This document shows positions 62,916-64,000 of a stretch of 64,000 nt of DNA, one piece after another. The first letter of the stretch is position 1, and the number at the start of each line of letters is the position of its first letter. The notes beneath the pieces are model-generated. The model was given only the letters and a program-made list of their open reading frames with translations, did not search any database and was not told the DNA's origin. The position numbers and the translations under genes were made by a program. Source of the stretch: Lytechinus pictus (taxonomy: Eukaryota); assembly GCF_037042905.1 (NCBI RefSeq), contig NC_087248.1, positions 13,888,001 to 13,952,000 on the forward strand. The letters are read 5' to 3'.

Positions 62916-63064
62916 CAGGGGCCGCGGAAGCGGGGGGGGCTTCAGCCCCCCCCCCCCCCCCCCACTTTTTTCCAAAACCATGTACAAAAACGCAAGAATG
63001 ACCATACGATTGTGATTTTTTGCATGGTCAGCCCCCCACTTTGAAAACCGTTCCGCGGCCCCTG
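62916..63064. mobile_element. CAGGGGCCGCGG MITE with 5-bp TSD, ~290 bp upstream of the hyaluronidase ATG
   Basis: caggggccgcggaa / ttccgcggcccctg, TATAG on both sides. Related copies near 19674, 45709 and 48070. Confidence 0.75.
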
Positions 63065-63351
63065 TATAGGGATTCGTTCGACGATTTAGAACATTGCCCC
63101 GGAACATTGCACAGTAAGATATTCCAAGTCTCAATATTACAATCACATTCTACAAAATGTTATTCTGATATCGGGTCGCCTTTGGGGGCGTGTACGCTGC
63201 ACTCGAGCTCCAGCCGCGCTCCGCTTCACCGACTGCATGCACCAATCAACCTTCACCTAAGCTAGAAAGGGCGTGGTCATCAGGGCACATGTGTATGAAG
63301 TTTGTTGACAACAGCTTTTTTGCATCATCTCTGGCTACATGTAGTTTCATC

Positions 63352-63810
63352 ATGAATTTGATACATTTTCAAAATAATTGTATTTCTATCCTGACTATAT
63401 TGTGTTGGTGGTCTTTACAGACGCTTGCTTATTCGAAATCTGATCGCGATTGGTTGAAAAACCTTCACTCCACGTCGCAGGATTCAAGAAAATCCGCAAT
63501 AACCATTCATCAACCTCGAGCGGCGATCAACCCTCGTCACGCGCCGAAACATCACGGTGGTAAAGTCATAAATAGCGACAAAATTTTCCGGGCGATTTGG
63601 AATCTACGCAACCATTGCGGAGACCGTTTCGGTATAGAATTGCCATTGTCGGATTACGGGATTGAATTTAACAGAAATGACAAATGTACTGGTGGAAATG
63701 TGATCAATTTGTTCCATAGAAATCAGATGGGACTGTTTCCACGTTACGAATATGTACCTGGGCCTGGCAATGAAACGCAACCAGTTCCAGTTAATGGAGG
63801 AATACCACAG
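63352..63810 (+). CDS. Hyaluronidase (glycoside hydrolase family 56), first coding exon; gene continues beyond the window
   Basis: Signal-peptide-like MNLIHFQNNCISILTILCWWSLQTLA, then GH56 N-terminal motifs F..IWN...HC..RFGI.L.LS.YGI..N, GLFPRY and PVNGGIPQ. Donor CAG|gtcagt at 63810. An alternative is an acceptor at 63420. Confidence 0.88.
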
Positions 63811-64000
63811 GTCAGTGTTGATTGTTGTACTTCTACTTGTACTCCCGTCTCCCGGCATGCCCGGGATTGTTTGTACTCTTTTTAACTTTTAAAGTTTTGG
63901 AAAGTAATTAATAAGACTGCTTATTATAAGTCCCGAGCGAGCGATCAAAGTGAGCAAGAAAAACATCACCTTTTCTTCATAATCTATATTTGATATATTT

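Noticed and set aside
63190-63351. N-terminal extension of the 231-aa ORF as part of hyaluronidase
   Set aside because: Starts at GTG. The signal-peptide-like sequence starts at ATG 63352, and sequence after 63810 is intron.

Overview
AT-rich, repeat-dense animal genomic DNA. The G/C-run MITEs, Helentron-type interspersed elements and tRNA-SINE suggest an echinoderm, probably a sea urchin (inference only). Host genes: (i) a cluster of intronless type-I membrane proteins with a non-canonical V-set Ig domain, comprising a head-to-head pair (2140-3393 minus, short tail; 5357-7456 plus, long tyrosine-motif tail) and a third copy destroyed by stacked insertions (16139-20216); (ii) a complete 4-exon Hikeshi gene (33929-55084, 200 aa) with an 18.5-kb first intron; (iii) the first coding exon of a GH56 hyaluronidase (63352-63810). 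Mobile DNA includes a 5'-truncated RTE-X-like LINE nested in a TIR element, a BEL/Pao retrotransposon, a probable AcademH-like remnant, a 4 x 974-bp tandem array and many MITEs. Two observations stand out. First, the Ig pair resembles a paired-receptor system with mosaic, gene-conversion-like ectodomains arranged as an inverted repeat. Second, the BEL/Pao element has no 5' LTR and is instead bounded by perfect 98-bp inverted U5 ends with a clean 5-bp TSD, a copy-back-like structure.
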